Below are positions 1-8,811 of a DNA stretch of 64,000 nucleotides, piece after piece. Position numbers and translations under genes: made by a program. Under the pieces are notes generated by a model. The model was not told the DNA's origin. It was given only the letters and a program-made list of their open reading frames with translations, and searched no databases. Position 1 is the stretch's first letter. Every line of letters begins with the position of its first letter. Origin of the DNA: Candidatus Omnitrophota bacterium (lineage in GTDB: Bacteria; Omnitrophota; Gorgyraeia; Zapsychrales; JANLHA01); the NCBI GenBank assembly GCA_020632555.1, contig JACKFI010000001.1, positions 65,750 to 129,749 of the forward strand. The letters are read 5' to 3'.

Positions 1-3000
1 CTTTTTCCGGTGGCTTTAAGTCTGCTGGAATTTGAGGAATACCTTTGCCGCCGCTCAACTCATAAAAAACATCACCAGCCGCCCTATTGATCTGCTCTGT
101 TGTTTGGGTCGCTAAGAATTCATCCGCCCTTTCCATAAAAGAGATAAGACTTAGGTCATCTTTTCTTCTATCCCAATCTTCTTTTGCCCTGGAAGAATAA
201 AACACTTTCTGAAAAAATGAAAGACCTCTACCCAAAGACTGCTCATATTTAATATCTTCCTCACCCAGATAATCTCCAAATTTGAGTTTATCTAGTATCG
301 ACCAAGCAACAATACGGCTTGCGGGAATTACTTTATCGCCGTTGCTATCATACTTTGCAAAATTCATCAGAGTCTTTATTCTCTGCCGCGGAATCTTACT
401 GTTGGCAATTTCAATCAAATAAGCCCAAACTTCCTGCCGGGCCATTGGGCCTGTCGGTTTTACTATAAGATTCTTAACCCACGGCTCTGGGGACTGTATC
501 GGCAAATCCGAATAATCCCACATGGCAATATGCCCTAATTCATGGGTCAGAATATTACTAAAAAATAATTCCAATATCTCCCTGTCGCTTTTTACCTCAT
601 CAAATTTACTTAGATGCTGATCACGATTGATACCATTACCCTGGCTGTTCAAAAAGAATTCCTCTACCACAGGGACGTCCCCCTTAACCTGATCTACATC
701 GACAATGATTCCATATTTTCCAAAAGCAAGAGCCACCGTGCCATAAGGAATATTACTTCTTGGCTTAAGATAATAAATTGGAATATTTTTACCCATCAAC
801 TCAACAGTGTGCTGTGCAACAACATCAGACAAAGCCATATAAACTACAAAAGCCAAATAATTATGCGTATCTCTTGATAAAAACTTTGTTTCAGGAATAA
901 AAGGTTGGTCAATGCCTTCAAATTTAATCTGAGGATTCTCTTGTTTAAATTTATTAAACGCTATTTCTAAAATCTCTTTCTTCATAACAGGATTAAGTTG
1001 ATCTAAGATTTCCTTGGATATCAGCTGTTGAGCAATGCTTTCAAACGTATCTTGTCCCTGACTAATCACAATAACATCCGCGCCTTCTGTTAAAGAGAAA
1101 TCCGCGGCATCGGCATTGCCATGCAGTAAAAACGGGAATAAGCCCAATGCACCAATAGATTTCAAGAAATTACGCCGAGACTCCACCCCGCTGGAAGCGG
1201 AAGCCTTAATCAATGTCCCTATCGCATCCAACACTTCTGCCGCAAAGGGAGAATTACCGTGAGTAATATCTCTGCCTTTCAAATACCTAACATCACTATT
1301 CTTCAAGCCACTCTTAAAATTATTATTAAAAGTTTTCTCGTCAGGAGATAATTCACTCTCTAGTTTTGCTGGCGGATTATTTTCATCACCTTCAACCAAA
1401 AAAGTCATCCGACTGGAAAACGGCAAAGCCTGCCCCTCAGTATACAAGCTGGCTTGAATCAAACCTTTGGGATCTTGGGCTTTACTGATATTTTCAAAAC
1501 CCAACAGAGTCGTAACCGCCTTTGAAAATACCCCACCATAATCCATCGCGCGCGCAGAGCCGCCGTGAGTCGGCGCCACTTCAATAACAGCCGCCTGCGC
1601 AAACAAAGTCTGGTCATCAACAACCGCCTGCCGCAAAACAATATTGCCATACGAATGCGCGACGACAATAACATTATCAACATTATGCCGTCGTTGAAAA
1701 TCCTGCCAACGCGTCTTCAAATCTTGAGCAATCTCTTCTAAAGTACGGGAATCATCAAATTGAAACGCAATCAAATTCGCGTCCTGATAATACTCTTTGA
1801 AAGCATCGACAAAGGTAATCGCCCCGCCTTCTTTAGTCGCCCCGTGAATAAAAAGAACTGTCGGCTTTGTAGAGTCAAATTCCTTATAGATAGGCACCAA
1901 ACCATGGCCCTGTTTCTTTAACAAAACATGAATGTTATCCTTAATCTCTTGTTTAAATTCCTCCGAAGCACTGGGATAATTTAAAATTTTTAATGCCGCA
2001 AGCAATGGACCACGTTGAGCAGAAAGTTCGATTACGTCTTGTCGCGAGACATCTGGTGCTATCTGTTGAGCATAAGTGTCAATATTTACCGTCGACAAAA
2101 TACCGGCGGCAACCAAAGCCACAACAATTCTTTTAGCTATCGCCGAAGATGCCACCCCGCTGGAGGACGCGGCGTCAGGACCTTTGGATACCTGTTCTTC
2201 TAAAGTCTTATATTCTTCACGAATCCGCAGAGAAGTTTGTTTGATTTCACGCATCTGCCGAGCAAACTCATGCATGTCCTTAGGAATTCGGCGCGCCGTA
2301 ATGATATCATCAACAAACACCTCCATCTGGTCCTTTGCTGGCAAATTGTTTTGCCAATCTGTTAGCTGATGGGCATTAATAAACATCCTATTAACAAGAC
2401 TGGCAAAATCTATAATGTCTTGCTTAAATGGTGCATCCACAAGCCAAGGATTAAAGGTTGTCTCATTCCCGTACAAATAGCTCTGGGAGAAATCAATCGG
2501 CATAGCCTCAACCTGACCATTCTTCCGACTAACAACAACAAACTGAGGCTGAATGCCCTTCACAACAACCCCTGCCTGATGAATCTTGGAGAATGTTTCT
2601 GCGAGTTCAATCAAAACATCAAACTGTTCATCAACATCCAACGAATCCCATAAACGAGAATTGGACATCACTTGCGCATTGGACAAAACTTTCATTTTGG
2701 CATAGGGGAACACATCCCCATCTTTTAATTTCTTCAAACTATCCTTAATGCTAATTGTATTTGCTAATCCTCCCAATAAAGGCATAGGCTCGGACGCTTG
2801 AACTAACTGTTGGTACCAATACTCCGAATGATAAAAACGGCTCATCGTATCCAAAGTGAATTCTCCCCAAAATGATTTAACTCTCTGAGGAATGCCCACC
2901 ATCCACTTTCCTAGACTAACAATATGCTGTTTTGTCGTCGCATAGTCATTCTTAAGAAAATTTATCACATCAAACCCAAAATCTTCCAAATCCATTCTCA

Positions 3001-4690
3001 CACGCAATGGTCTTTTGATATTTCCTTGCTCCACAATTTCTGGGACAAGCCCTTGGATATCTGATTCAAAATTTAAAATCCGCAAAATGCTAGCTTGTGT
3101 ATTAACTGCGCCGGCCGATTGCCCAGAAGGAAAGGAGTCTTCAACCAGCCAAAGAAAACCTTCTAACAAACCAGAACCAAACCCATAATATCCATAACCC
3201 TTCTCAGCTCGACTAAATCTCGCGAAATCTCTCAAATCCATCGTCCATGTCGTCGCTCGCAAGTCTGACGGTAGCTGCCCATAATCCAACCCGCTGGAGG
3301 CGGTGATGGCAACGGCTTCGCCGGGAGTTTCGACACCGCTGGCGGCGACAAAGGCGAGTTGATCTTCTGGAGAATGCTTAATTTCATTAGTAACACGATT
3401 AACCGCAGAAGAACTTCGGTCAACTATTAATTGGTTGGGATTCAAGTTCATCCCCAATTTAAGTCCTCCGGAGAAATACTTGCGGGGAATCAAGTCGCCT
3501 TCACTATCGAGCTCTTCCTTGATGACGTTGTACGCGCCTTTTTTAAATGCTTCCAAATACTGTTCATACACTTTTTGTTTGATATCTTTAACGTCGGTTT
3601 CAACACCAGCAATTTTACTTTTGTCGGCGTAAATCCGACCCAACAGGGAATCTTTCAAAGCCTTCTTATACCATGCGGCTAAAATAACGCTTTGATACAC
3701 TTGACGGGTTGGGGCAAAACTTTTGCCGGTGTTGACTTCTTCGATAAGTTTGGGCAAAATCAGCTTGCGGAAAACTTGGGATGGGATACTAGGGGTTAGA
3801 CGTTGGTCGTTGGTGGTTGGATATTGGACGTTGGCAGTGTCATTGCGAGGAGCCGCAGGCGACGCGGCAATCTTGTCCTTACTGTCATTCCCGCGTGCTT
3901 TTAACGGGAGTCTATTTGGGGACTGTGGATCCCCGATAAATGCCTTCGGGGATGACAAATCTGAAGATTGCCGCGCCCCTGCGGGGCTTGTAATGACAAG
4001 GTATTCTTCATCCAACATCACATTTAATTTGCTGTCGGTAATGTAGGCGAATCCGTCTTTTTCAACCACCGTCGCGCTGTCGGGGATGATCCAGACCTTA
4101 TTCAATTGATTAGGGGTTAGGGATTGGGAGCTAGAGGTTAGCGTCTCTAACCGACGGACTTCATCCCAATACTGCTTGCCCAGCGGGGTATCAGGATTGG
4201 TTAGCGACGAGGCTAATTGCTTGAGCATATAATCCTGCTCGAGCATTTGCCGTCCCATTTCAGTTTGACCCAAAGCATCCGGGATGATGCGATCTTTTTC
4301 ATAAGGAGAAAGATTGACCCACGCATCCTGATCTGGAATGGTCATTGACGCGAGGAAATATTTGATCAATTTGGTGCTTTCAACTTTCAGTAAATCATTA
4401 TTGATCTTGTCCTGTCCGCGGTCGACGATAAAATCGAACAAAAGTGGATTCTCGGGATGAACACTCATGCCTTTTAAAATCGGCGGCGCAAATGGTGCCG
4501 TCAGCCAAATGGACTGGCCGGCAGCGGGAAGATTCATCAGTGCTGACGAGGAAAGACCGAGCCCTTGGGCGGCAAGTCCGCTAGATGGCCCAACAACCGT
4601 AAACACACTAAAGGTCAGCAGCAAACAGAGGCTGATCACTTTGCGCGTAAAAAAGGATAGCGTCGTCTTACGACAAAAAATATCGGACAT
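1..4690 (-). CDS. Giant modular membrane/exported protein, C-terminus beyond window edge (>=1563 aa); paralog of 12764..19573; carries alpha/beta-hydrolase-like and HExxH metallopeptidase-like modules
   Basis: Absent from the ORF track because it has no in-window stop. My translation from ATG 4690 (MSDIFCRKTTLSFFTRKVISLCLLL...) stays open to position 2. The N-terminal ~400 aa align with the 2269-aa protein (WVNLSPYEKDRIIP, KVWIIPDSA, IPRKYFSGG). TVLFIHG...VVAHSYG lies at 1646..1660 and HELGH at 530..544. Confidence 0.8.
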   Translation of the reverse strand, partial: MSDIFCRKTTLSFFTRKVISLCLLLTFSVFTVVGPSSGLAAQGLGLSSSALMNLPAAGQSIWLTAPFAPPILKGMSVHPENPLLFDFIVDRGQDKINNDLLKVESTKLIKYFLASMTIPDQDAWVNLSPYEKDRIIPDALGQTEMGRQMLEQDYMLKQLASSLTNPDTPLGKQYWDEVRRLETLTSSSQSLTPNQLNKVWIIPDSATVVEKDGFAYITDSKLNVMLDEEYLVITSPAGARQSSDLSSPKAFIGDPQSPNRLPLKARGNDSKDKIAASPAAPRNDTANVQYPTTNDQRLTPSIPSQVFRKLILPKLIEEVNTGKSFAPTRQVYQSVILAAWYKKALKDSLLGRIYADKSKIAGVETDVKDIKQKVYEQYLEAFKKGAYNVIKEELDSEGDLIPRKYFSGGLKLGMNLNPNQLIVDRSSSAVNRVTNEIKHSPEDQLAFVAASGVETPGEAVAITASSGLDYGQLPSDLRATTWTMDLRDFARFSRAEKGYGYYGFGSGLLEGFLWLVEDSFPSGQSAGAVNTQASILRILNFESDIQGLVPEIVEQGNIKRPLRVRMDLEDFGFDVINFLKNDYATTKQHIVSLGKWMVGIPQRVKSFWGEFTLDTMSRFYHSEYWYQQLVQASEPMPLLGGLANTISIKDSLKKLKDGDVFPYAKMKVLSNAQVMSNSRLWDSLDVDEQFDVLIELAETFSKIHQAGVVVKGIQPQFVVVSRKNGQVEAMPIDFSQSYLYGNETTFNPWLVDAPFKQDIIDFASLVNRMFINAHQLTDWQNNLPAKDQMEVFVDDIITARRIPKDMHEFARQMREIKQTSLRIREEYKTLEEQVSKGPDAASSSGVASSAIAKRIVVALVAAGILSTVNIDTYAQQIAPDVSRQDVIELSAQRGPLLAALKILNYPSASEEFKQEIKDNIHVLLKKQGHGLVPIYKEFDSTKPTVLFIHGATKEGGAITFVDAFKEYYQDANLIAFQFDDSRTLEEIAQDLKTRWQDFQRRHNVDNVIVVAHSYGNIVLRQAVVDDQTLFAQAAVIEVAPTHGGSARAMDYGGVFSKAVTTLLGFENISKAQDPKGLIQASLYTEGQALPFSSRMTFLVEGDENNPPAKLESELSPDEKTFNNNFKSGLKNSDVRYLKGRDITHGNSPFAAEVLDAIGTLIKASASSGVESRRNFLKSIGALGLFPFLLHGNADAADFSLTEGADVIVISQGQDTFESIAQQLISKEILDQLNPVMKKEILEIAFNKFKQENPQIKFEGIDQPFIPETKFLSRDTHNYLAFVVYMALSDVVAQHTVELMGKNIPIYYLKPRSNIPYGTVALAFGKYGIIVDVDQVKGDVPVVEEFFLNSQGNGINRDQHLSKFDEVKSDREILELFFSNILTHELGHIAMWDYSDLPIQSPEPWVKNLIVKPTGPMARQEVWAYLIEIANSKIPRQRIKTLMNFAKYDSNGDKVIPASRIVAWSILDKLKFGDYLGEEDIKYEQSLGRGLSFFQKVFYSSRAKEDWDRRKDDLSLISFMERADEFLATQTTEQINRAAGDVFYELSGGKGIPQIPADLKPPEK
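3839..3998. repeat. Block of four REP-like palindromic units forming an inverted duplication, embedded in-frame in the giant CDS
   Basis: Units are gtcattgcgagg..gcggcaatc (3839..3872), gtcattcccgcg..cgggag (3884..3910), tccccg..cggggatgac (3930..3956) and gattgccgcg..taatgac (3966..3997). Units 1+2 are roughly the reverse complement of units 3+4. Confidence 0.7.
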
Positions 4691-4796
4691 AGGACTTTTC
4701 AAATAAAACAATAAAATAGATTATGAACGGAAATTGAATCAAGAACAAACAAGCAAGATGAGATTTACACTCTGAAATAATACCATTATTCAGATA

Positions 4797-4839
4797 AAAA
4801 AGCAAAAAAAGGCCCGGCTCTCTTTCAAGAACCGGGCCT
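4797..4839 (-). terminator. Rho-independent terminator downstream of csp
   Basis: The minus strand reads GGCCCGGTTCTTGAAAGAGAGCCGGGCC followed by TTTTTTTGCTTTTTT, starting 14 nt after the csp stop. Confidence 0.7.
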
Positions 4840-4852
4840 CTATTTAGAAGGC

Positions 4853-5053
4853 TTATAGCTTCACTACGTTGGTAGCTTGCTCGCCCTTAGGACCTTTTTC
4901 GATTTGGAATTCAACTTCCTGACCTTCAGCTAATGTCTTGTAACCTTCACCCTGAATAGAACTGTGGTGAACAAAAACATCGTTTCCTGACTCTGGAGTA
5001 ATGAAGCCGTAACCTTTTTGGTCGCTAAACCATTTGACTTTACCTTTTGCCAT
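4853..5053 (-). CDS. cspA: Cold-shock protein (CspA family, 66 aa)
   Basis: [33 protein letters not shown] carries the RNP1/RNP2 motifs. AAGGAGG lies 7 nt upstream of ATG 5053. The track ORF starts 17 codons too early. Confidence 0.95.
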   Translation of the reverse strand: MAKGKVKWFSDQKGYGFITPESGNDVFVHHSSIQGEGYKTLAEGQEVEFQIEKGPKGEQATNVVKL

Positions 5054-5174
5054 TTTTTTGTTGCCTCCTTTCCCCTGCACTATAGTAAAGCGCTCAGGCC
5101 CCACGTCCTGCTATGTTTCAGACCACCTGAACACTAGACCAACATGACGGGGAAAAAACTAACAATTGAAAAAA

Positions 5175-5202
5175 CCGCAAAGATCGTATCCTGTCCTTGC
5201 GG
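5175..5202 (-). terminator. Terminator-like hairpin inside the csp leader (or terminator of the upstream SPFH gene)
   Basis: The minus strand reads CCGCAAGG-13 nt-CTTTGCGG followed by TTTTTTCAATTG. It lies between the predicted csp promoter and the csp start. Confidence 0.45.
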
Positions 5203-5239
5203 CCTAAGAATTGCTAATCTTTTGTTTACTACGCTAGAA

Positions 5240-5267
5240 AGTATACCAGCCAACATCAAGCTGTCAA
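5240..5267 (-). promoter_or_regulatory. Sigma70-type promoter candidate for csp
   Basis: The minus strand reads TTGACA-16 nt-TATACT (-35 at 5262..5267, -10 at 5240..5245). This implies a leader of about 180 nt. Confidence 0.55.
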
Positions 5268-5287
5268 GAGAATATTTTGACAAACTT

Positions 5288-6433
5288 TTATTGCGCTTTA
5301 TTCTTAAACATTGGCCCAAAAACACCCGACACATCCATAATGGATGTCGTCTGTTGCCCGACGGGATAACCATAAATCTGCAATTTGTCAGAAATATTTT
5401 CCGCGAACTTCAGCGCGACGACATTCTGACCGCCACCGACGGCATCCGCCAAAAGTTTTTGTCCCTCGGCATTGGCTTTAAAACGCGCCAAGTCCCCGGC
5501 GGCTTCTTGCTCTAACTTGTAGCGATTCGCGTCAGCTTCAATCTTAGCAGATTGCGCCCGGCCTTCGGCTTCTTGAATGGCTTTGAGCTTGCCGCCGCGC
5601 GCTTCAGCTTCTTGCCGCTTGGCTTCCTCTTCTTGCGCCAGCGCCCGGTTACGATTGATTTCAACTTGCTGACCAGCTAATTTCTTCTGTTCAATAGCTC
5701 TTTGGAAGTCTGGGCTAAATTGAAACGAACGAATCAAAGCGTCATGAATTTGAATAGCGGAATATTTGGCCAGAGCATCAATCAACTTTTGCCGAATCGC
5801 CTGCTGCATCGTATCGCGAACTTTGCCTTGATAAATTTCTTCGGCGGAAAAACTACCAATCGCCAACCGAGCTTCGGAACGAATTTGTGGCAAAAGGATT
5901 TGATCTTCGTAATTGCTGCCGATTTGTTGATGCAACAGCGGTACCGTCTGCGAATCCAAAGCATAAATAATGGTCAAATCCACTTCGACATTTTGACCGT
6001 CATTGGTTTTCAATTCAAGGGTGTATTTTTTGGCTTCTTCACTGGCCAAAGTATCCGACGGATAAGCGCGCGCCGCAACTTTGTAAATGACCATGTCAGT
6101 GATCCACCGATTATAAAAATGATAACCAACGCCCAGCGGCTTATCATTGATTTTTCCAGCAATTTTATTGATTTCAACTGCCACTTCGGTGGGATGAACA
6201 TTAATCCAACCAAAGGAAACAATACCAAAAACCAAAAGACCAACAAAAGCCAAGAAACTGAATAACTTCATTCTCATGTCACCCCCCATTTTAGAGCGAT
6301 TAGACACTCCAGATAGACTGTTTAAAAAATCCATAACCCGACGCACCCGGTCCGGCCGCTGTAAAACATATTGAACCAAATTCACAACCAAAAAGAAAAC
6401 AAAAAACAAAAATACGACTGCCGAAAATTTCAT
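5288..6433 (-). CDS. SPFH/band-7 (prohibitin/HflKC-like) membrane protein
   Basis: It has an N-terminal hydrophobic anchor, an SPFH core (TNDGQNVEVDLTIIY...RSEARLAIGSFSAEEIY) and a long Ala/Glu/Gln coiled-coil tail. AAGGGGG lies upstream of ATG 6433. Confidence 0.85.
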   Translation of the reverse strand: MKFSAVVFLFFVFFLVVNLVQYVLQRPDRVRRVMDFLNSLSGVSNRSKMGGDMRMKLFSFLAFVGLLVFGIVSFGWINVHPTEVAVEINKIAGKINDKPLGVGYHFYNRWITDMVIYKVAARAYPSDTLASEEAKKYTLELKTNDGQNVEVDLTIIYALDSQTVPLLHQQIGSNYEDQILLPQIRSEARLAIGSFSAEEIYQGKVRDTMQQAIRQKLIDALAKYSAIQIHDALIRSFQFSPDFQRAIEQKKLAGQQVEINRNRALAQEEEAKRQEAEARGGKLKAIQEAEGRAQSAKIEADANRYKLEQEAAGDLARFKANAEGQKLLADAVGGGQNVVALKFAENISDKLQIYGYPVGQQTTSIMDVSGVFGPMFKNKAQ

Positions 6434-6527
6434 GCTTGCCCCCTTTCTAAAAATAACCAGGGCTCATTGTAACACATGTCTTCCTATGCGCAATAGAAAC
6501 CGAGAAAAACGGGAAAAACCTCGAGAT

Positions 6528-7493
6528 TTAATCTTGATTCGAAGCATTGGTGTTTAATTCTTCAAACACTCTGTCCGTACGTGAGATAAACTGTTGGGGC
6601 TGATAGACTTTAAACGGAGCGATAATGGGCGGTTTGCTTCGATCATAAAAACGCGGTTTGGGAGAAAATTCATTGCGAAAAGCTATCGCCCCTAAACCAC
6701 CAAGGATCATCAAAATAGCCGGCAAAACCAAGGATGCAATAATCTTCGCACGCCTCCCCAAAGCGGTGGCAATGCTCAATTGTTTAAAAATCAGAATAGA
6801 AAGGGCCGCGCCACCTAAGAAGACGCTGAGCAATCCTTCAACTATCATTGAAGCAGAGGCATAACCCAGAAACATGCAAATATTTGCAATAGGAATCATG
6901 ACAATCATGAAAAAACACATCAACGTCAACTGCTCTCCAAAACGCGCCTGCTGATTGATCATGCGGCCAACCAAGGCCCAAATTCCAGATACCAAACAAA
7001 CTGCTAAAAAGGCAAGAAATTCATAAAAAATATACTGACTAACCGCCATCGGCTCGTAGGGATAACTTGCGGCGAGTTGAAAGAAATACAAAACAAAGAA
7101 CCCAACTAAGGCATACCATAATGTCAGACTGGCAACCGGCAAAGGAGGTCTTTCGGCAATGATCTTTCTGGCCGCTGTCACAGGATGGTTCGGCAAAAAT
7201 ACACGAATCTTAGTATGTCCGACGCTAAACATTTCCCCCGAAAGAAGATGGCCAGGCTCGCGGTCAGATTGACGAGGCATTAAAAAAGTACCGTTTTCGC
7301 TCTGACAATCGGTAATTTCAATCTTCCCCAAAAATGAAACCGAAACGACAGCATGCTGAGCACTGACATAGGAATCTTGCAAAATCAAATCATTGCCAAA
7401 ACCTCGGCCAATCGACACGCGGCTTTGATTAAAAACGCGCGGCTCATGTGCCGACCCAGAAGAAGAGACAATTTGTAAAATTATTTTACCCAT
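6528..7493 (-). CDS. FHA-domain protein with multi-pass membrane C-terminal half
   Basis: An N-terminal FHA signature (VSIGRGFGNDLILQDSYVSAQHAVV...SENGTFL) is followed by about 5 hydrophobic helices. Its start overlaps the upstream protease stop by 13 nt. Confidence 0.8.
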   Translation of the reverse strand: MGKIILQIVSSSGSAHEPRVFNQSRVSIGRGFGNDLILQDSYVSAQHAVVSVSFLGKIEITDCQSENGTFLMPRQSDREPGHLLSGEMFSVGHTKIRVFLPNHPVTAARKIIAERPPLPVASLTLWYALVGFFVLYFFQLAASYPYEPMAVSQYIFYEFLAFLAVCLVSGIWALVGRMINQQARFGEQLTLMCFFMIVMIPIANICMFLGYASASMIVEGLLSVFLGGAALSILIFKQLSIATALGRRAKIIASLVLPAILMILGGLGAIAFRNEFSPKPRFYDRSKPPIIAPFKVYQPQQFISRTDRVFEELNTNASNQD

Positions 7494-8785
7494 TTGATCT
7501 CACGCAAAAATTTTAATAAAAAGCTTTTGCCCTCTAACTGGCTGACTCCCGAGACAAAAACATTCATATCCAAACCAGTAATCCACATATCAGTAGAAAC
7601 AACTTTCATCGTCATATCATAGAGGCCTTCATACATTTTGTAGCGGCGAGCACAAAAATCGACCTTGCAAGAATGTCCGTCGACATTAACAAATTCCTGT
7701 TCACACTCAAAGTTGCTCAAATCGCGCTCTTCACCATTTTCAAAATCGCCTTGACGATACTTAGAATAATCTTCAAAAACATTATAAAAACGTACTGGGT
7801 CATTGCCCCGGGCTTCATACCAATTGTAATTAAATACAATCTGTCCTGTTCTCATTGTATTGGACAAATAAATCGAATCCTCCGTTGAACAGGTCATATA
7901 TGTTCCAATAAGAAAATATCTTGTATTGTCACCGCTTTCTCCCCAACAGCGAAATACATCAGAAATTTGACCGGGAACTTGAACTGTCCCGATTTGTGTC
8001 TTAACCCAAGGCACTGCAAGCATCCCGCCGATTAACTCATGTCCTTCTAAAACCAAATGTTTGCGAATAACATTTTTCCAATTGGGCCCCAGAGACTGGC
8101 CGTTATTAAATTGCACCTCGTCATAAATCTTTTTTAAATAATCTATGGGGACAAAGAAACTGATTTCATCCCCGGATGAAGAAACATTAACCCCCAACAC
8201 CCGCCCATCACTGCCCAGTGCCGGTCCGCCGCTCATACCTGGGTTCAAGGAACCAGAAAATAAAATCTTTGGATAACGACTGTGCTCCAGCAGTCCATTG
8301 AACAAGCCCTCGACAATGATCATTCCTAAATCATAAGGATTACCGAATGAAAAGATCTTTTTACCCTTTTCCAAATGAGAATCTCCCAAGGCAAGAACCT
8401 GCCCAACTGTCGCTTTGGTTTTTAAAATCGCTAAATCATGAACGGGATCAATATTGAGAATTTCCATTGCTTCAATCGTGGCATCTGAGAAAATAGCCTC
8501 GACATAAAAAAGTTTTGGGAAATTGACCGCGTCAGCCACGACATGATAATTGGTCGCGACCAAACCATCCTTAGTAAAAAAGAACCCCGACCCCAGAGAA
8601 GACTTTTCTTTTGACCCGCGGGCAATGACACGCACCTGAAGGATGGCGCCATGATATTTCTTATACATTTGGTCTGCTTCAGGAGTCAATGAACCAGCTT
8701 GCGCTCTGGAACAAACTAAAGCCAAAATGACCCACAGAAAAATTTGGGCACACAGAAAATTTTTTATTTTAAAAAAAGAATTCAT
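7481..8785 (-). CDS. Secreted trypsin-like (S1C/DegP-type catalytic domain) serine protease with an unrecognised ~200-aa C-terminal domain instead of PDZ
   Basis: The signal peptide is MNSFFKIKNFLCAQIFLWVILALVCSRAQA. The catalytic triad context is ATNYHVV, HDLAILK and NPGMSGGPAL. I chose the ATG at 8785, which avoids overlap with the upstream ORF. Confidence 0.85.
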   Translation of the reverse strand: MNSFFKIKNFLCAQIFLWVILALVCSRAQAGSLTPEADQMYKKYHGAILQVRVIARGSKEKSSLGSGFFFTKDGLVATNYHVVADAVNFPKLFYVEAIFSDATIEAMEILNIDPVHDLAILKTKATVGQVLALGDSHLEKGKKIFSFGNPYDLGMIIVEGLFNGLLEHSRYPKILFSGSLNPGMSGGPALGSDGRVLGVNVSSSGDEISFFVPIDYLKKIYDEVQFNNGQSLGPNWKNVIRKHLVLEGHELIGGMLAVPWVKTQIGTVQVPGQISDVFRCWGESGDNTRYFLIGTYMTCSTEDSIYLSNTMRTGQIVFNYNWYEARGNDPVRFYNVFEDYSKYRQGDFENGEERDLSNFECEQEFVNVDGHSCKVDFCARRYKMYEGLYDMTMKVVSTDMWITGLDMNVFVSGVSQLEGKSFLLKFLREIKWVK

Positions 8786-8811
8786 AAATACGAGACTCTT
8801 CCTTGACCTGA

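Noticed and set aside
3723-4046. Plus-strand 107-aa ORF (…RGAAGDAAILSLLSFPRAF…)
   Set aside because: It is the antisense shadow of the giant minus-strand ORF. Its sequence is simply the translation of the palindromic REP-like units.
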